Shown here piece after piece: positions 29,435 through 38,902 of a stretch of 64,000 bases of DNA; within the stretch, counting starts at the first letter, position 1; the number at the start of each line of letters is the position of its first letter. The notes under the pieces are model-generated. The model worked only from the letters and a program-made list of their open reading frames with translations. It did no database searches and had not been told where the DNA came from. The DNA lies in NCBI GenBank assembly GCA_964573695.1, contig CAZNKB010000006.1, positions 8,879 to 72,878 on the forward strand, read 5' to 3'. The translations under genes were made by a program, and so were the position numbers. This stretch comes from an uncultured Gammaproteobacteria bacterium (GTDB taxonomy: Bacteria; Patescibacteriota; Microgenomatia; UBA10105; UBA927).

Positions 29435-30080
29435 GTGTATAAATATAATGAACGGAAACGAGCAGGGTAAACAAAAAACTCACGATAAATGATTTTTGTT
29501 GATCGTGAATTTACCCTTTCTTTATACATGAGAGCATCGGTTGCCGGTCAACTGAGGAAAAATGAGAGAATCTATATCAAAGTACGGCAATATTTTGTAT
29601 AATGGCGATTCTTATGACGATTATAGAGTTGACACTCAGTACACCAGAACCGGTTGGCAGGACTATCACCTCTGGTCGGTTGAGGACGCTTGCAGAAACG
29701 GCATGGGCACGAGAATTGGCGCCGGGCACGCGGCGGGAAAATGTCACCGATGACCGGTGGAATCATCAAAGCCATAGCTGGTGGCTTACAGTCCGACGTG
29801 ACGGTATCGGCGTTTTGGAAATCAAACCGGAATGGCAACACGCCGAAATTCATGTGGTACATCATCGTCGGCCTCAACGATTGCGCGGGGTTATTTACAC
29901 GCTGGATAAGCCGCAAGTCCAGCTACTCGCTGGATCTCAGATTATGGATGAAGAGGGTCGTAAAGAAACGATGCTGTTTAAATTGATCTGTTGCACCGAC
30001 GGCAAAACACTTCCGTTTTGAAGCAGAGTCGCATAAATTCCCAATGGAAATATTCATACTAATCCGGTAGGATACATACC

Positions 30081-31358
30081 ATGCTTCCCTATACCAAAAC
30101 AGTCTTACCAAATGGGCTTCGTTTGATCCTTGTTCCCATGGAAGGAGTCAACAGTGTGGCTACCTCCGTTATGGTCGGCGTAGGGAGTCGTTATGAAACA
30201 GCACACATCAATGGTATTTCTCATTTTTTGGAGCACATGGTGTTTAAGGGGACGGATAAATATCCGACGACAGACGACGTCAACACGATCGAACGTGCAG
30301 GGGGTCTTCAGAATGCCTATACCGATATAGACATTACCAATTACCATAACAAAGTCCTGAGTGAGGATTGGTTGCTTGCTTTGGATATCAATAAGGAGTT
30401 GGCGATACATCCCAAGCTGCCGGAGGAGTGGGTGGATCGCGAGCGCGATGTCATTTTGGAAGAAATGAAGCGCTATGAGGATGAGCCGGCAAACAAAGTA
30501 GAAGAAGTCTATCACGGTTTGCTTTATCCCAACACAAAGCTTGGTATGCGCATCATCGGAGAGGAAGCGAGCTTGCGTTCGGTGGGAGCCAAAGAGCTGC
30601 GAGGATATCATGATTCCTGGTATGCGCCAGAGCGCATGGTCATTATGCTTGCAGGTAGATTGGCAGAGCATAGTAGTAAGATAGCGGAACAGGTAGAGGC
30701 GTGGTTTGCTCCCCTCCAGAAGAAAAAAACCGGAGATATCGATGTGGTTACTCCTATGCAAAAGGAGCCGCAGCTTGCCGTGGTCACGAAGCGGGAGGCG
30801 GCACAGGCGCATATGATTATCGGGCTTCGGGCATTTGAGCGCAGTAGCGAGGACCGGTTTGCCTGGAATTTATTTAACCTTATCATGGGGGTGTCGTTTA
30901 CCAGCAGGCTGTTCAAAGAAATCCGGGAGAAACGCGGACTTTGTTACCACGTGCGTAGCGGAAGTTCTTCGTATCACGATGTCGGAAGCTGGGATATCTA
31001 TGCGGGCGTGGCAACAGACAAGGTGGAAGAAGCAACCAAAGCAATTATGGAAGAGCTTGCCAAAGCAAAAGCCAAAGGTATCACGGAAGATGAGCTTGCT
31101 GTGGCCCGTAAGCGTCTCAAAACTATGCTTGCGTTTAGAAGTGAAGACCCTGAATTCTGGACCGAATGGTACGGGCGAGCTGAACTTTTTGGTATGCCGC
31201 TCATGACACTTGAAGACTATATCAAAAAGATAGATATTGTAACAAAAGAAGACATTAATGCCTTGATTATCAAGTACTTTAGAACCGAGCGCCTGAATAT
31301 GTCGCTTGTGTGGAGTAAGCCTCGTGACGAGAATCTTCTGAATTTGCTTCACCTATAA
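30081..31358 (+). CDS. M16 family zinc peptidase (pitrilysin/insulinase-like)
   Basis: 425 aa. Inverted zinc motif HFLEHMVFKGT (HxxEH), a downstream Glu, and a typical M16 N-terminal domain. Confidence 0.8.
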   Translation: MLPYTKTVLPNGLRLILVPMEGVNSVATSVMVGVGSRYETAHINGISHFLEHMVFKGTDKYPTTDDVNTIERAGGLQNAYTDIDITNYHNKVLSEDWLLALDINKELAIHPKLPEEWVDRERDVILEEMKRYEDEPANKVEEVYHGLLYPNTKLGMRIIGEEASLRSVGAKELRGYHDSWYAPERMVIMLAGRLAEHSSKIAEQVEAWFAPLQKKKTGDIDVVTPMQKEPQLAVVTKREAAQAHMIIGLRAFERSSEDRFAWNLFNLIMGVSFTSRLFKEIREKRGLCYHVRSGSSSYHDVGSWDIYAGVATDKVEEATKAIMEELAKAKAKGITEDELAVARKRLKTMLAFRSEDPEFWTEWYGRAELFGMPLMTLEDYIKKIDIVTKEDINALIIKYFRTERLNMSLVWSKPRDENLLNLLHL

Positions 31359-31370
31359 TTGATTTCTTGA

Positions 31371-31658
31371 TTATTTCTGCTCGCGGTGGAGGCGGGAGGC
31401 GGTCTCTGCGAGCATGGTGTGCCACTTGGCGATAGCATGAAAAATCAGTCCCTCTACGTGTAGCTCTGCTTGTTCGACGAAATCTAGTTCCCGACCTGCC
31501 TGAGCCGCAAAGGCATCATTTAACGACGCGATTGAACGTGCTTGGCGAGCAAGCCGGTATTGTGCTGCTATCGGATCAACATTGGTTTCGTCTGCGGGGC
31601 GTCTCCTGGTGTGCATCATGAGAACGGTATTATAGTGCATGCGAGTAATATGTTGCAA
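31371..31658 (-). CDS. hypothetical protein
   Basis: 95 aa ORF, convergent with the peptidase. Confidence 0.3.
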   Translation of the reverse strand: MQHITRMHYNTVLMMHTRRRPADETNVDPIAAQYRLARQARSIASLNDAFAAQAGRELDFVEQAELHVEGLIFHAIAKWHTMLAETASRLHREQK

Positions 31659-31667
31659 TAATAAGAA

Positions 31668-31681
31668 CTATAGGTTATAAT
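31668..31681 (+). promoter_or_regulatory. Promoter motif CTATAGGTTATAAT (extended -10), 22 nt before the start codon
   Basis: An identical 14-mer is repeated at 33677-33690 upstream of the paralogous gene. Confidence 0.4.
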
Positions 31682-31703
31682 TTGTCCTTCGTTATGCCCG
31701 TAT

Positions 31704-32333
31704 ATGCAACCTACTATAATCGGATTACTCGGTAAACCGTTGGCGGGGAAAGACACTGTTGCCCGTGCACTTGCAGACTCGCTTCCGAATCTCGCTACAA
31801 TTTCCATGGGAGAGGTAGTGCGGGAGGTGAAAGCAGTGGGACCTGCTCACCGTTTTTGGAATGAATTACATGATTCTATAGGTATAGCCGATGCTGGCGG
31901 TATCGCTCCGGACGGACCTATTTTCGAATGTCTGACCAAGCTTATCACCGAGCAGTTTGACAAGGGCGCGGAAACAGTTGTTTGGGTTGCCGGCCCGAGA
32001 AGTGAGCAGCAGCTAGACTGGTTGGATTCGTGGACAAAAGATTGCGGATATCAAGAACAATTCGTGTATATCGATGTCCCGGATGAAATGGTGTATGAGC
32101 GGGTTAGTGAGCGCGCTGCACACATGAGAGAAGATGACAAGGTGGTTCCCTATAGACTTGCCGAGTTTGAACGGATTACCAAGCCAGTTATAGATCGGCT
32201 TCGGGAGCAGGGGAGAATCCGCGAGATAAGTGGCTTGGGTGGGAGAGAAGCCGTGGGTTCGCGTGCTGTGGAGATATTTATGCCCGTACAAAAAGAACAC
32301 GAGCCTACATTACCCACGATGGCGCGACGATAA
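31704..32333 (+). CDS. adenylate kinase-like nucleoside monophosphate kinase (divergent, P-loop)
   Basis: 209 aa. Walker A GKPLAGKDT. NMP-binding-like ISMGEVVREV. Ends in LPTMARR. Paralog of 33699-34343. Confidence 0.55.
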   Translation: MQPTIIGLLGKPLAGKDTVARALADSLPNLATISMGEVVREVKAVGPAHRFWNELHDSIGIADAGGIAPDGPIFECLTKLITEQFDKGAETVVWVAGPRSEQQLDWLDSWTKDCGYQEQFVYIDVPDEMVYERVSERAAHMREDDKVVPYRLAEFERITKPVIDRLREQGRIREISGLGGREAVGSRAVEIFMPVQKEHEPTLPTMARR

Positions 32334-32349
32334 TCGGCACGTTTGTATA

Positions 32350-33174
32350 TTAGCGTGAGGAGGATTTCTGTTTGGACGCAGACCGCGCTAAGCGCTTAAG
32401 GCGAATTTTGATGTCATCGACTTCGTTAGTTATGAGTTCCAGTTCTTTGGATAGTGTTGACTTCTGTATATGCCGCGCTTCTTCCATTTCTTCACGCACT
32501 TCCTCAAAGCCACTGATGACGACCCCGATAAACAAATTTAGGATAATCATGGTTCCCACAACGATAAAACTGACGTAGTAAAGCGTCGAGATAAGTGAAT
32601 ATGACTGCAGGGAGTAGATTTCTACCCAGCCCTCTAATGTGACGATCTCAAAAAGGGTGATAAGCGAGCGCCCCAAGTCGCCGAAGTGCGCAGGATCAGA
32701 ATCACCGAATTCTACGTTTCCTATGACAGCATAGATATAGAATTGTATAAAAAGGAGAAGTCCCACATACCCGATAGACGGAATGCTTTTGATGAGTGCA
32801 CCTACGAGGAGTTGAAGGCGGGGAAGCGCGGAAAATACTCGAAAGATCCGCAATATGCGCACGAGTCGCAAGACCGAGGCGTACGCGCCTCCGAATGGCA
32901 GATAAAAAAGACTGGTGACGGCAAAGTCAAATGTATTCCATTTCGAGCGGAAAAATCTCCAGGGTTTATTGCCCAGAGCCAATATCCGCAGCGTAATTTC
33001 CACGGTGAAGATGATTTGGATGATTGTGTCCAGGGTGGCAAACAGTGGATGGAATCGATTGGAAAGATTAGGATACGTTTCTAGTCCTACAGCAAGCGAA
33101 GCGACAAGGATAACTCCCATGATGAAGGGGGCAAACAGACGATGTTGCGTGATCGTGCGTCCTATTGCATTCAT
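32350..33174 (-). CDS. Voltage-gated ion channel, single 6TM domain, NaChBac/BacNaV-like
   Basis: 274 aa. S4 helix with Arg at every third position (VLRLVRILRIFRVFSALPRL). Pore/selectivity filter FEIVTLEGWVEI (TLESW-like). C-terminal coiled-coil. TATAAT immediately before the ATG, so possibly leaderless. Confidence 0.75.
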   Translation of the reverse strand: MNAIGRTITQHRLFAPFIMGVILVASLAVGLETYPNLSNRFHPLFATLDTIIQIIFTVEITLRILALGNKPWRFFRSKWNTFDFAVTSLFYLPFGGAYASVLRLVRILRIFRVFSALPRLQLLVGALIKSIPSIGYVGLLLFIQFYIYAVIGNVEFGDSDPAHFGDLGRSLITLFEIVTLEGWVEIYSLQSYSLISTLYYVSFIVVGTMIILNLFIGVVISGFEEVREEMEEARHIQKSTLSKELELITNEVDDIKIRLKRLARSASKQKSSSR

Positions 33175-33225
33175 GAATATGGATTATAGAAGAATATTTT
33201 TTGGTGGGCAACGATTACTACGCTT

Positions 33226-33465
33226 TTATCTGGTCCGCCTGGGTTTTTGGGCTTCGAGCAGCGTGTGGCGTTCGGTATGAGTTGCCGCATTGCCGAACTG
33301 GGTACGGGATCTCCGTTCATATTGCTCCGCTTCTTCGTGCCGGCCCATTTTAGCAAATATCTCCGCTAACCGGTGATAGACGGCAGACAGATCCCACGCG
33401 AGCTGCGTCATTTTTTCCTCTGTTTGTTGGTGATCTAATATGACCTCAATGGGTTTTGTTGCCAT
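33226..33465 (-). CDS. small hypothetical protein
   Basis: 79 aa ORF. No SD. Confidence 0.3.
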   Translation of the reverse strand: MATKPIEVILDHQQTEEKMTQLAWDLSAVYHRLAEIFAKMGRHEEAEQYERRSRTQFGNAATHTERHTLLEAQKPRRTR

Positions 33466-33676
33466 ACACGTATTGTATCGTATGTGTCACGCAGTGTATT
33501 GTTTTTTCTCTGAGGCCAAAGGAATTGGCCGCACGGAAAAAACGGGGAGACGAGTGAAAAGCGCTTGCAATTGTAGACACTGCATATTATGTGTGTGATC
33601 GAGAAGCAGAAGTCAGGTATTTGAACCTGAATGGGTATTATAACAAAGAGGAAAATACTTGTTGCAAAGAATTATA

Positions 33677-33690
33677 CTATAGGTTATAAT
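33677..33690 (+). promoter_or_regulatory. Promoter motif CTATAGGTTATAAT (duplicate of 31668-31681)
   Basis: Exact 14/14 match, 8 nt before the GTG start of the paralog. Confidence 0.4.
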
Positions 33691-33698
33691 TAAATTTA

Positions 33699-34343
33699 GT
33701 GAAGCCGATCCTCCTTGCAATCATAGGCAAACCCCTTGCCGGCAAAGATACCCAGGCAGATTTACTTGTCGCAGCTCACCCCGAGGCGGTCAAAATATCT
33801 ACAGGGCACATTATGCGTGCGGTGCGTGAGGAAGGCGAAACCCATAGATTTTGGCCTCTTATCGGGCCGTATATCCCCATGATGGAGCAGGGGCTTAAGC
33901 TACCGGATGAACCTACAATTGCGATGCTAGGAGAAGTGATACAAGAGCAGCTTACTGAGGGGAAGCGACTGCTGGTTGTTGCCGGTTCTCCCAGGGGTAC
34001 GGAACAGCTCGAAGGGTTTGAGCGTATCGCAAGCACAACCGGCGCCAAGCTGGTGCTCGTTCATATGGATGCGACCGATGAAGAAACCTACAAAAGAAGT
34101 GCTGCCCGCAACGAGGGAAGGGTAGACGACACACCCCAGGTTCATAAGGTACGGCTTACGGAGTACGAAGAGTATGTCGGGCCTATGGTGGATAAACTCG
34201 CCCGCGAAAACAGGCTTATTTGGGTCAACGGTATGCAGCCGGTTGAGGGGGTATTTCGGCAGTTAGAGCAACAGTTACGTCAGCACATGCTCGACCCTGA
34301 AATCGCCCCGGAAATTACCTTGCCCGCCATGGCCCGCCGTTAA
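33699..34343 (+). CDS. adenylate kinase-like nucleoside monophosphate kinase (paralog)
   Basis: 214 aa, GTG start. GKPLAGKDT. ISTGHIMRAVRE (adenylate-kinase NMP-binding motif). Ends in LPAMARR. Confidence 0.6.
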   Translation: MKPILLAIIGKPLAGKDTQADLLVAAHPEAVKISTGHIMRAVREEGETHRFWPLIGPYIPMMEQGLKLPDEPTIAMLGEVIQEQLTEGKRLLVVAGSPRGTEQLEGFERIASTTGAKLVLVHMDATDEETYKRSAARNEGRVDDTPQVHKVRLTEYEEYVGPMVDKLARENRLIWVNGMQPVEGVFRQLEQQLRQHMLDPEIAPEITLPAMARR

Positions 34344-34386
34344 TATACAGGGCTTCTAGTCCTACATTGAATGGATAATCGTCACT

Positions 34387-34644
34387 TCACCGTACCCTTT
34401 GGAGTCGGGGGAGTAGTCGATGAGGAATGGTTTTGTGTTCTTTGCGCGTAGGGAATCCACTTCTTTCCGCTTCTTCTACTGTTGCCATACGGAGGCCATG
34501 TTTTTCGAAATAAGCCGCGAGCGCGGGTCTCACGCTCTCTCGGTCAACGACATGGGTCATGATATTGCTGATGTCTGCAATGTGCACGTGTCCATTGGGC
34601 TCAACGACGATAATTTGATTACCTAAGACAACTTCATGGGTCAC
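34387..34644 (-). CDS. hypothetical protein
   Basis: 85 aa ORF. Confidence 0.35.
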   Translation of the reverse strand: MTHEVVLGNQIIVVEPNGHVHIADISNIMTHVVDRESVRPALAAYFEKHGLRMATVEEAERSGFPTRKEHKTIPHRLLPRLQRVR

Positions 34645-34670
34645 AAAGCAATGATACCACTAGAGAAGTT

Positions 34671-35021
34671 TCACCTGTGTTTTGAGAATTGCTCGTATTT
34701 ATTATGGTGCGGTCGTCGTTTTGGCAGAGTCGTCGGTTGATTGAGTGAAGATAGGAGTTCTCGTATGCTACCCACTCGGGCGCCACGGCTTACCGACATA
34801 AGGGCCGCGAAGTCTTTGGCTGCTGCCCGCGTGCCATGCTCTACAGTCCAGCCGATGCCCTCGTGGCCGAACATGCGGGAAAGGTCGATAGCAATATTGC
34901 GCTCATATGTGCCTTCCGACTCAAGAACCCCGCGTTTCCGGACGTCTACCGATCGTTTTTTCCACCCACCACGCCCGTCTGCTACCATGATTTCCCGTTT
35001 TGGCATTGTGATTGAGTTCAC
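34671..35021 (-). CDS. hypothetical protein
   Basis: 116 aa basic ORF. Confidence 0.35.
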   Translation of the reverse strand: MNSITMPKREIMVADGRGGWKKRSVDVRKRGVLESEGTYERNIAIDLSRMFGHEGIGWTVEHGTRAAAKDFAALMSVSRGARVGSIRELLSSLNQPTTLPKRRPHHNKYEQFSKHR

Positions 35022-35083
35022 GATACCTCTGTGTAAATACTTTTTTCAAGATATTTTTTTTGAATTCCATATCTGATATACTC

Positions 35084-35509
35084 ATGAGTCCTATGATCGA
35101 AAAAACCGTTGTTCTCATTAAGCCGGACGGCATGGAAAAACACGTCGTCGGTGAAATCATTACCCGTTTTGAGAAGGCTGGATTGAGACTGGCAGCGCTT
35201 AAGTTAGTTCAGCTCACTCAGCCTATCCTCGATACGTGGTACGCACACCACAAAGACAAGCCGTTTTTTCCTGAATTGTCGAAACAAATGATGTCTACTC
35301 CCGTTGTTGCGATAGTGCTGGAAGGCGACGGGGTGATCCAGAAGGTATTTGATATTTGCGGTCCGACTGACCCGGCGGAAGCTGCTCCAGGCACGATTCG
35401 ACGGGATTTCGGAGTGGATAAGCCGCACAATGTGGTTCACCGGTCTGATTCCGCCGAGGCCGCAGCCAAAGAAATCAGCCTGTTGTTTGGGTCCAGTGAC
35501 ATATATTAG
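35084..35509 (+). CDS. ndk: nucleoside diphosphate kinase
   Basis: Start moved to the internal ATG (MSPMIEKTVVLIKPDGMEKHVVGEIITRFEKAGLRLAALK). Active-site His in NVVHRSDSAEAAAKEISLLF (NxxHGSDS pattern). Confidence 0.85.
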   Translation: MSPMIEKTVVLIKPDGMEKHVVGEIITRFEKAGLRLAALKLVQLTQPILDTWYAHHKDKPFFPELSKQMMSTPVVAIVLEGDGVIQKVFDICGPTDPAEAAPGTIRRDFGVDKPHNVVHRSDSAEAAAKEISLLFGSSDIY

Positions 35510-35535
35510 GGTGCATATTTGAAAGTCATGCACCT

Positions 35536-35787
35536 GTGCGATACAATACAGTTTCTATGGCAGGTATAGGTATTCTTAAAGAAGCGGGGCTTAGATTGCT
35601 TGGGGTCAGACCAACCCAACAGGAAGATCTCATGCATTACGTCCCACAAGCCCTAATGCAAAACGGTGGCGTGCCGCCTCTAAAACCGGAAGAGAAGCCG
35701 CGTCGGAAATCAGCAAGAGCTATCCGCCGGGAACTCGAAGCAGCGGCAAAAGCCTCATTTACCTCAGGTCGTACTACCAGGCGTTGA
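35536..35787 (+). CDS. hypothetical protein
   Basis: 83 aa ORF. Confidence 0.3.
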   Translation: MRYNTVSMAGIGILKEAGLRLLGVRPTQQEDLMHYVPQALMQNGGVPPLKPEEKPRRKSARAIRRELEAAAKASFTSGRTTRR

Positions 35788-35871
35788 GTGGATTATCGTT
35801 CCCCATGCATCGATCGGTGAAACGTCACTTTTTGGCCTTTTGACGGCGTATTTAGTATAATTCCCTTTTCT

Positions 35872-36201
35872 TTGGGAGAATATATGACGCTAAAGGAAGC
35901 TGAGGGATTTCTATTACATCCAAGGTCACGGCATAGCAGACCGATTTCCGTGATGTTTACGCGGGAAAACGGTCTTGCTGATCTGACTATTACCGCTGAC
36001 GGAGAACAGCTATTTTCCGGGCGGGTATTAGGGGCGTTTGCCGGAATTCTAAAAACGGTGGCGGAAATGGAAGAAGCCGCACGTGTGGCAAAAGGTGACA
36101 ATGACATGATGAAGTACTTCGGCTGCATGTTTATCGCCCGTACCGGACGAACTCAGATAGCGAGCCGCCTAAACATTCCTGAGTTGGCTGAGTACGATTA
36201 G
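35872..36201 (+). CDS. hypothetical protein
   Basis: 109 aa ORF. Confidence 0.35.
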   Translation: MGEYMTLKEAEGFLLHPRSRHSRPISVMFTRENGLADLTITADGEQLFSGRVLGAFAGILKTVAEMEEAARVAKGDNDMMKYFGCMFIARTGRTQIASRLNIPELAEYD

Positions 36202-36210
36202 CAATTTTCC

Positions 36211-36492
36211 ATGTATACCCCTGAACACAAAAAACGCGTTGGCGGTCGTATGTATTATTCCCAAGTGGGGCTGGCTCAGGAGCAGGACGGGTATGTGTCG
36301 GTTTCCCTTATCGCGCTTATCCATGAGCCGAAGATCGTGACCCGTTCCATGCGGCTACGCATTCCCATGCATCGGTATATTCATTTTTTGGAGGCACTTC
36401 AGGCGCAAACGCATGCGCGGTTTTCTTTAGGAAGGAGCGAATATTTCCGAAAAACCAGATATCTGCGTACAGTGATGCACTGGGGAGTATAG
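36211..36492 (+). CDS. hypothetical protein
   Basis: 93 aa ORF, 10 nt after the previous gene. Confidence 0.3.
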   Translation: MYTPEHKKRVGGRMYYSQVGLAQEQDGYVSVSLIALIHEPKIVTRSMRLRIPMHRYIHFLEALQAQTHARFSLGRSEYFRKTRYLRTVMHWGV

Positions 36493-36515
36493 GCAGGCGA
36501 TTATGTACGGGTTAT

Positions 36516-37400
36516 TTAGCCGAGCGCGTGTAAAACGATTCGGAATGTTTCGAAGAGACCATAGACGCCGAGTCCGATAAAAGCAAGAGCCCCCAAAAAC
36601 GAAACCACTTCGTTCTTCACGACGATAATTGTTTTTTTGGGAGAGAGGAAGAGCGCGATATTGAGTAACGTGTGTGAAGCGATGACACCTATGGCGAATC
36701 CATATACGTTGACGACCGTAAACAATGGTACATAGCCAGCAAAATCATCCAGTCCCAAGATAAAGGGTACACTTGCAGAAAATATGAGGAGCTGCGGCCA
36801 GGGCAAGCTGGATTTTCCTTTCATGGCACTTCCTAAGTCTGGCATGACTCTGCGGAGGAGCGGATCGATGATTTTTTTGACCCGATCAAGGAGTCCATGC
36901 ATAAGGTAAAACAGAATGCGCTTCATCCCTCCCTGGCCCTGCCAGTTCGCAAAATGCTCCAGCGATCCGTGCGCAAGCTCAAAGAGAACCAAAGAGGCGA
37001 TAAATACCATAAGTGCGAGCAGAAGGTCGACGTGTTTGAGTGTGACCCATAGGCCGATAATGGCAATAGTGCCGATTGTATTGCCGGCAGCGGTGCCGAT
37101 TTCAAGAGCGATGCGATTGCGCCAGCCTGGATTGGCCGCCATCATTCTGCCGATAAATATGGCGAAGTCGATACTGGTTTTAAGATATATGGTCGAGCCG
37201 ACGAGGATGTCTACCCAGCGGATTTCGAGGTGGATTTTTTCCGATGAAGGGATGAGGTTAAATATAACGATTGCCCCGTGCAGTAGCCCTAGGAATCCCG
37301 CCATAACTACTCCGGTCAAGGCAATAGGGATAAACTGGGAAAGAGCGGATGAGCGGTCGATTTTTTCCAAAAGTCTGTTCATGAAGATATATTGTAACAA
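36516..37400 (-). CDS. integral membrane protein (possibly TerC/DUF475-like)
   Basis: 294 aa with ~8 TM helices. ILGLDDFAGYVP motif. Family assignment is uncertain. Confidence 0.5.
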   Translation of the reverse strand: MLQYIFMNRLLEKIDRSSALSQFIPIALTGVVMAGFLGLLHGAIVIFNLIPSSEKIHLEIRWVDILVGSTIYLKTSIDFAIFIGRMMAANPGWRNRIALEIGTAAGNTIGTIAIIGLWVTLKHVDLLLALMVFIASLVLFELAHGSLEHFANWQGQGGMKRILFYLMHGLLDRVKKIIDPLLRRVMPDLGSAMKGKSSLPWPQLLIFSASVPFILGLDDFAGYVPLFTVVNVYGFAIGVIASHTLLNIALFLSPKKTIIVVKNEVVSFLGALAFIGLGVYGLFETFRIVLHALG

Positions 37401-37423
37401 ATAAGACGTGCGAATACTTACGA

Positions 37424-38452
37424 CTATGTGACAAAAGTACTGAGAAATTCCATGCTCGGATACCCATAGCTAGTCACTGGAGTTCCGGAAGCGCGATACA
37501 ACGTCCATGGGCCGTTATGACGTTGTATGCGATCGAAAAAAGGAGAGAATGCTTGTGTGTTTGGGATCCGTATTCGTATGTCTCTTCCGGCATCGTGGGC
37601 AACCGCGGTCGCAACTTGTATAGCACCTCGCAAGACTTGCGCATCGTGATTTGAAATCCTGTCTGAGTTATGCGTTGCACGAAGCCATAATTGCCACCCA
37701 TTCCCTTCGTTCGGAAGTTCAATGGTGTGCTCTTGTGTCGTTTGCAGGGTAAATTTCGTGTGATTATACCGTTTGACCCCATGAGTCCGGGAGAACTCCC
37801 GTCTGCCGGTGAGCAGCGTCCAGAGAGGGGACTTAAGGAGGTTTTCTGCTTTGAGCGTGGGGTTCTGTACGAGGTGTTCGATGATATCCAGTCTTCCTGT
37901 GAGAGACCATTCTGTCGTATCAGGTCGTATCAGATCAAATCCCAAGGTGGGAGCGCGTTTACTGCCAGCAAGTGACGTTCGGCCGGTGATAAATCCTATC
38001 GGAGTATCAGGATGATAACAGTTAAATGCTTCTATCCAGCCGGCCAGTTGCGCTGCCGAATTGGGGAGATCCTGAGGAAGCTGCCGTACGGCTTCTGGCG
38101 GCCGGGGAGGGATATGAAGATCCAGCATCCTCGTATAAGGATGCGCTTTGCGTTTCCTCGCATACGCCCGTAATGTATCGCGCTCAAGTATTTGTGGAGT
38201 GGGATCTTTGCCTGCAGCTCTCAAATGGGCAATTGTGTCTTCATAGCCTGTCTCTACGCATTCGATATTTGACGTGATACGTCTCGGATCCGTGAGACGA
38301 AATAGTCCGACATCGAACCAAGGACTTACATGAGTGTTGTTCCACCAATGTGGGCGAAGTTCCGAAGCGACACCTTCCAAACGTGAACACGTTTCTGCAA
38401 ACGATTCAGTCGGCGCATGTACGCGGCGGAAGTGTTCGATAATCTGAGACAT
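37424..38452 (-). CDS. hypothetical protein
   Basis: 342 aa ORF. Confidence 0.5.
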   Translation of the reverse strand: MSQIIEHFRRVHAPTESFAETCSRLEGVASELRPHWWNNTHVSPWFDVGLFRLTDPRRITSNIECVETGYEDTIAHLRAAGKDPTPQILERDTLRAYARKRKAHPYTRMLDLHIPPRPPEAVRQLPQDLPNSAAQLAGWIEAFNCYHPDTPIGFITGRTSLAGSKRAPTLGFDLIRPDTTEWSLTGRLDIIEHLVQNPTLKAENLLKSPLWTLLTGRREFSRTHGVKRYNHTKFTLQTTQEHTIELPNEGNGWQLWLRATHNSDRISNHDAQVLRGAIQVATAVAHDAGRDIRIRIPNTQAFSPFFDRIQRHNGPWTLYRASGTPVTSYGYPSMEFLSTFVT

Positions 38453-38530
38453 ATTGATATAGTAAGATGCATATTATACAACAAAGCACTCCTCAACGAG
38501 TGCTTTGTAAGGGCAAGAATCGTATATTCA

Positions 38531-38737
38531 TTATCGGTGAGGCCGACGTGCGACGTCTCTTCGAGCTTCTCTTCCCGCTGCGTGTTTTGATAATCCTTCC
38601 AGAGTACGTATAACTGATTGATCTTCGGATCCACTGGTTGCTTTCGTGCCTTTTCCAAGAAAGCTTTGCGGTTCGGCAGGTTTCACTGGTTCGATAATTG
38701 TTGCAGATTTGACTTCTTTGCGAAATAACCCTGACAT
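38531..38737 (-). CDS. small hypothetical protein with a strong Shine-Dalgarno
   Basis: 68 aa. AAGGGAGGTGA lies 6 nt upstream of the ATG. Confidence 0.4.
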   Translation of the reverse strand: MSGLFRKEVKSATIIEPVKPAEPQSFLGKGTKATSGSEDQSVIRTLEGLSKHAAGREARRDVARRPHR

Positions 38738-38902
38738 GACTTATCACCTCCCTTTTTGAAACGAGAATTCAAAGTATAGAAAGAACATATGATGCCGTCA
38801 ATATGCATTTATGATGTATGGTAGGTTACAAAAATCTGCAAAAAATCTTGGCGTATTGCTTCGCTATGGATACAGAAAAGGGAGTGGGGTGGGAAGAGTT
38901 AT

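Noticed and set aside
29562-30021. ORFs 29562-29753, 29602-30021 and 29690-29986 in the divergent intergenic region between 28544-29434 and the M16 peptidase
   Set aside because: Mutually overlapping in different frames, with no motifs and no SD. This is more likely a 650 bp divergent promoter region. A small real gene cannot be excluded.
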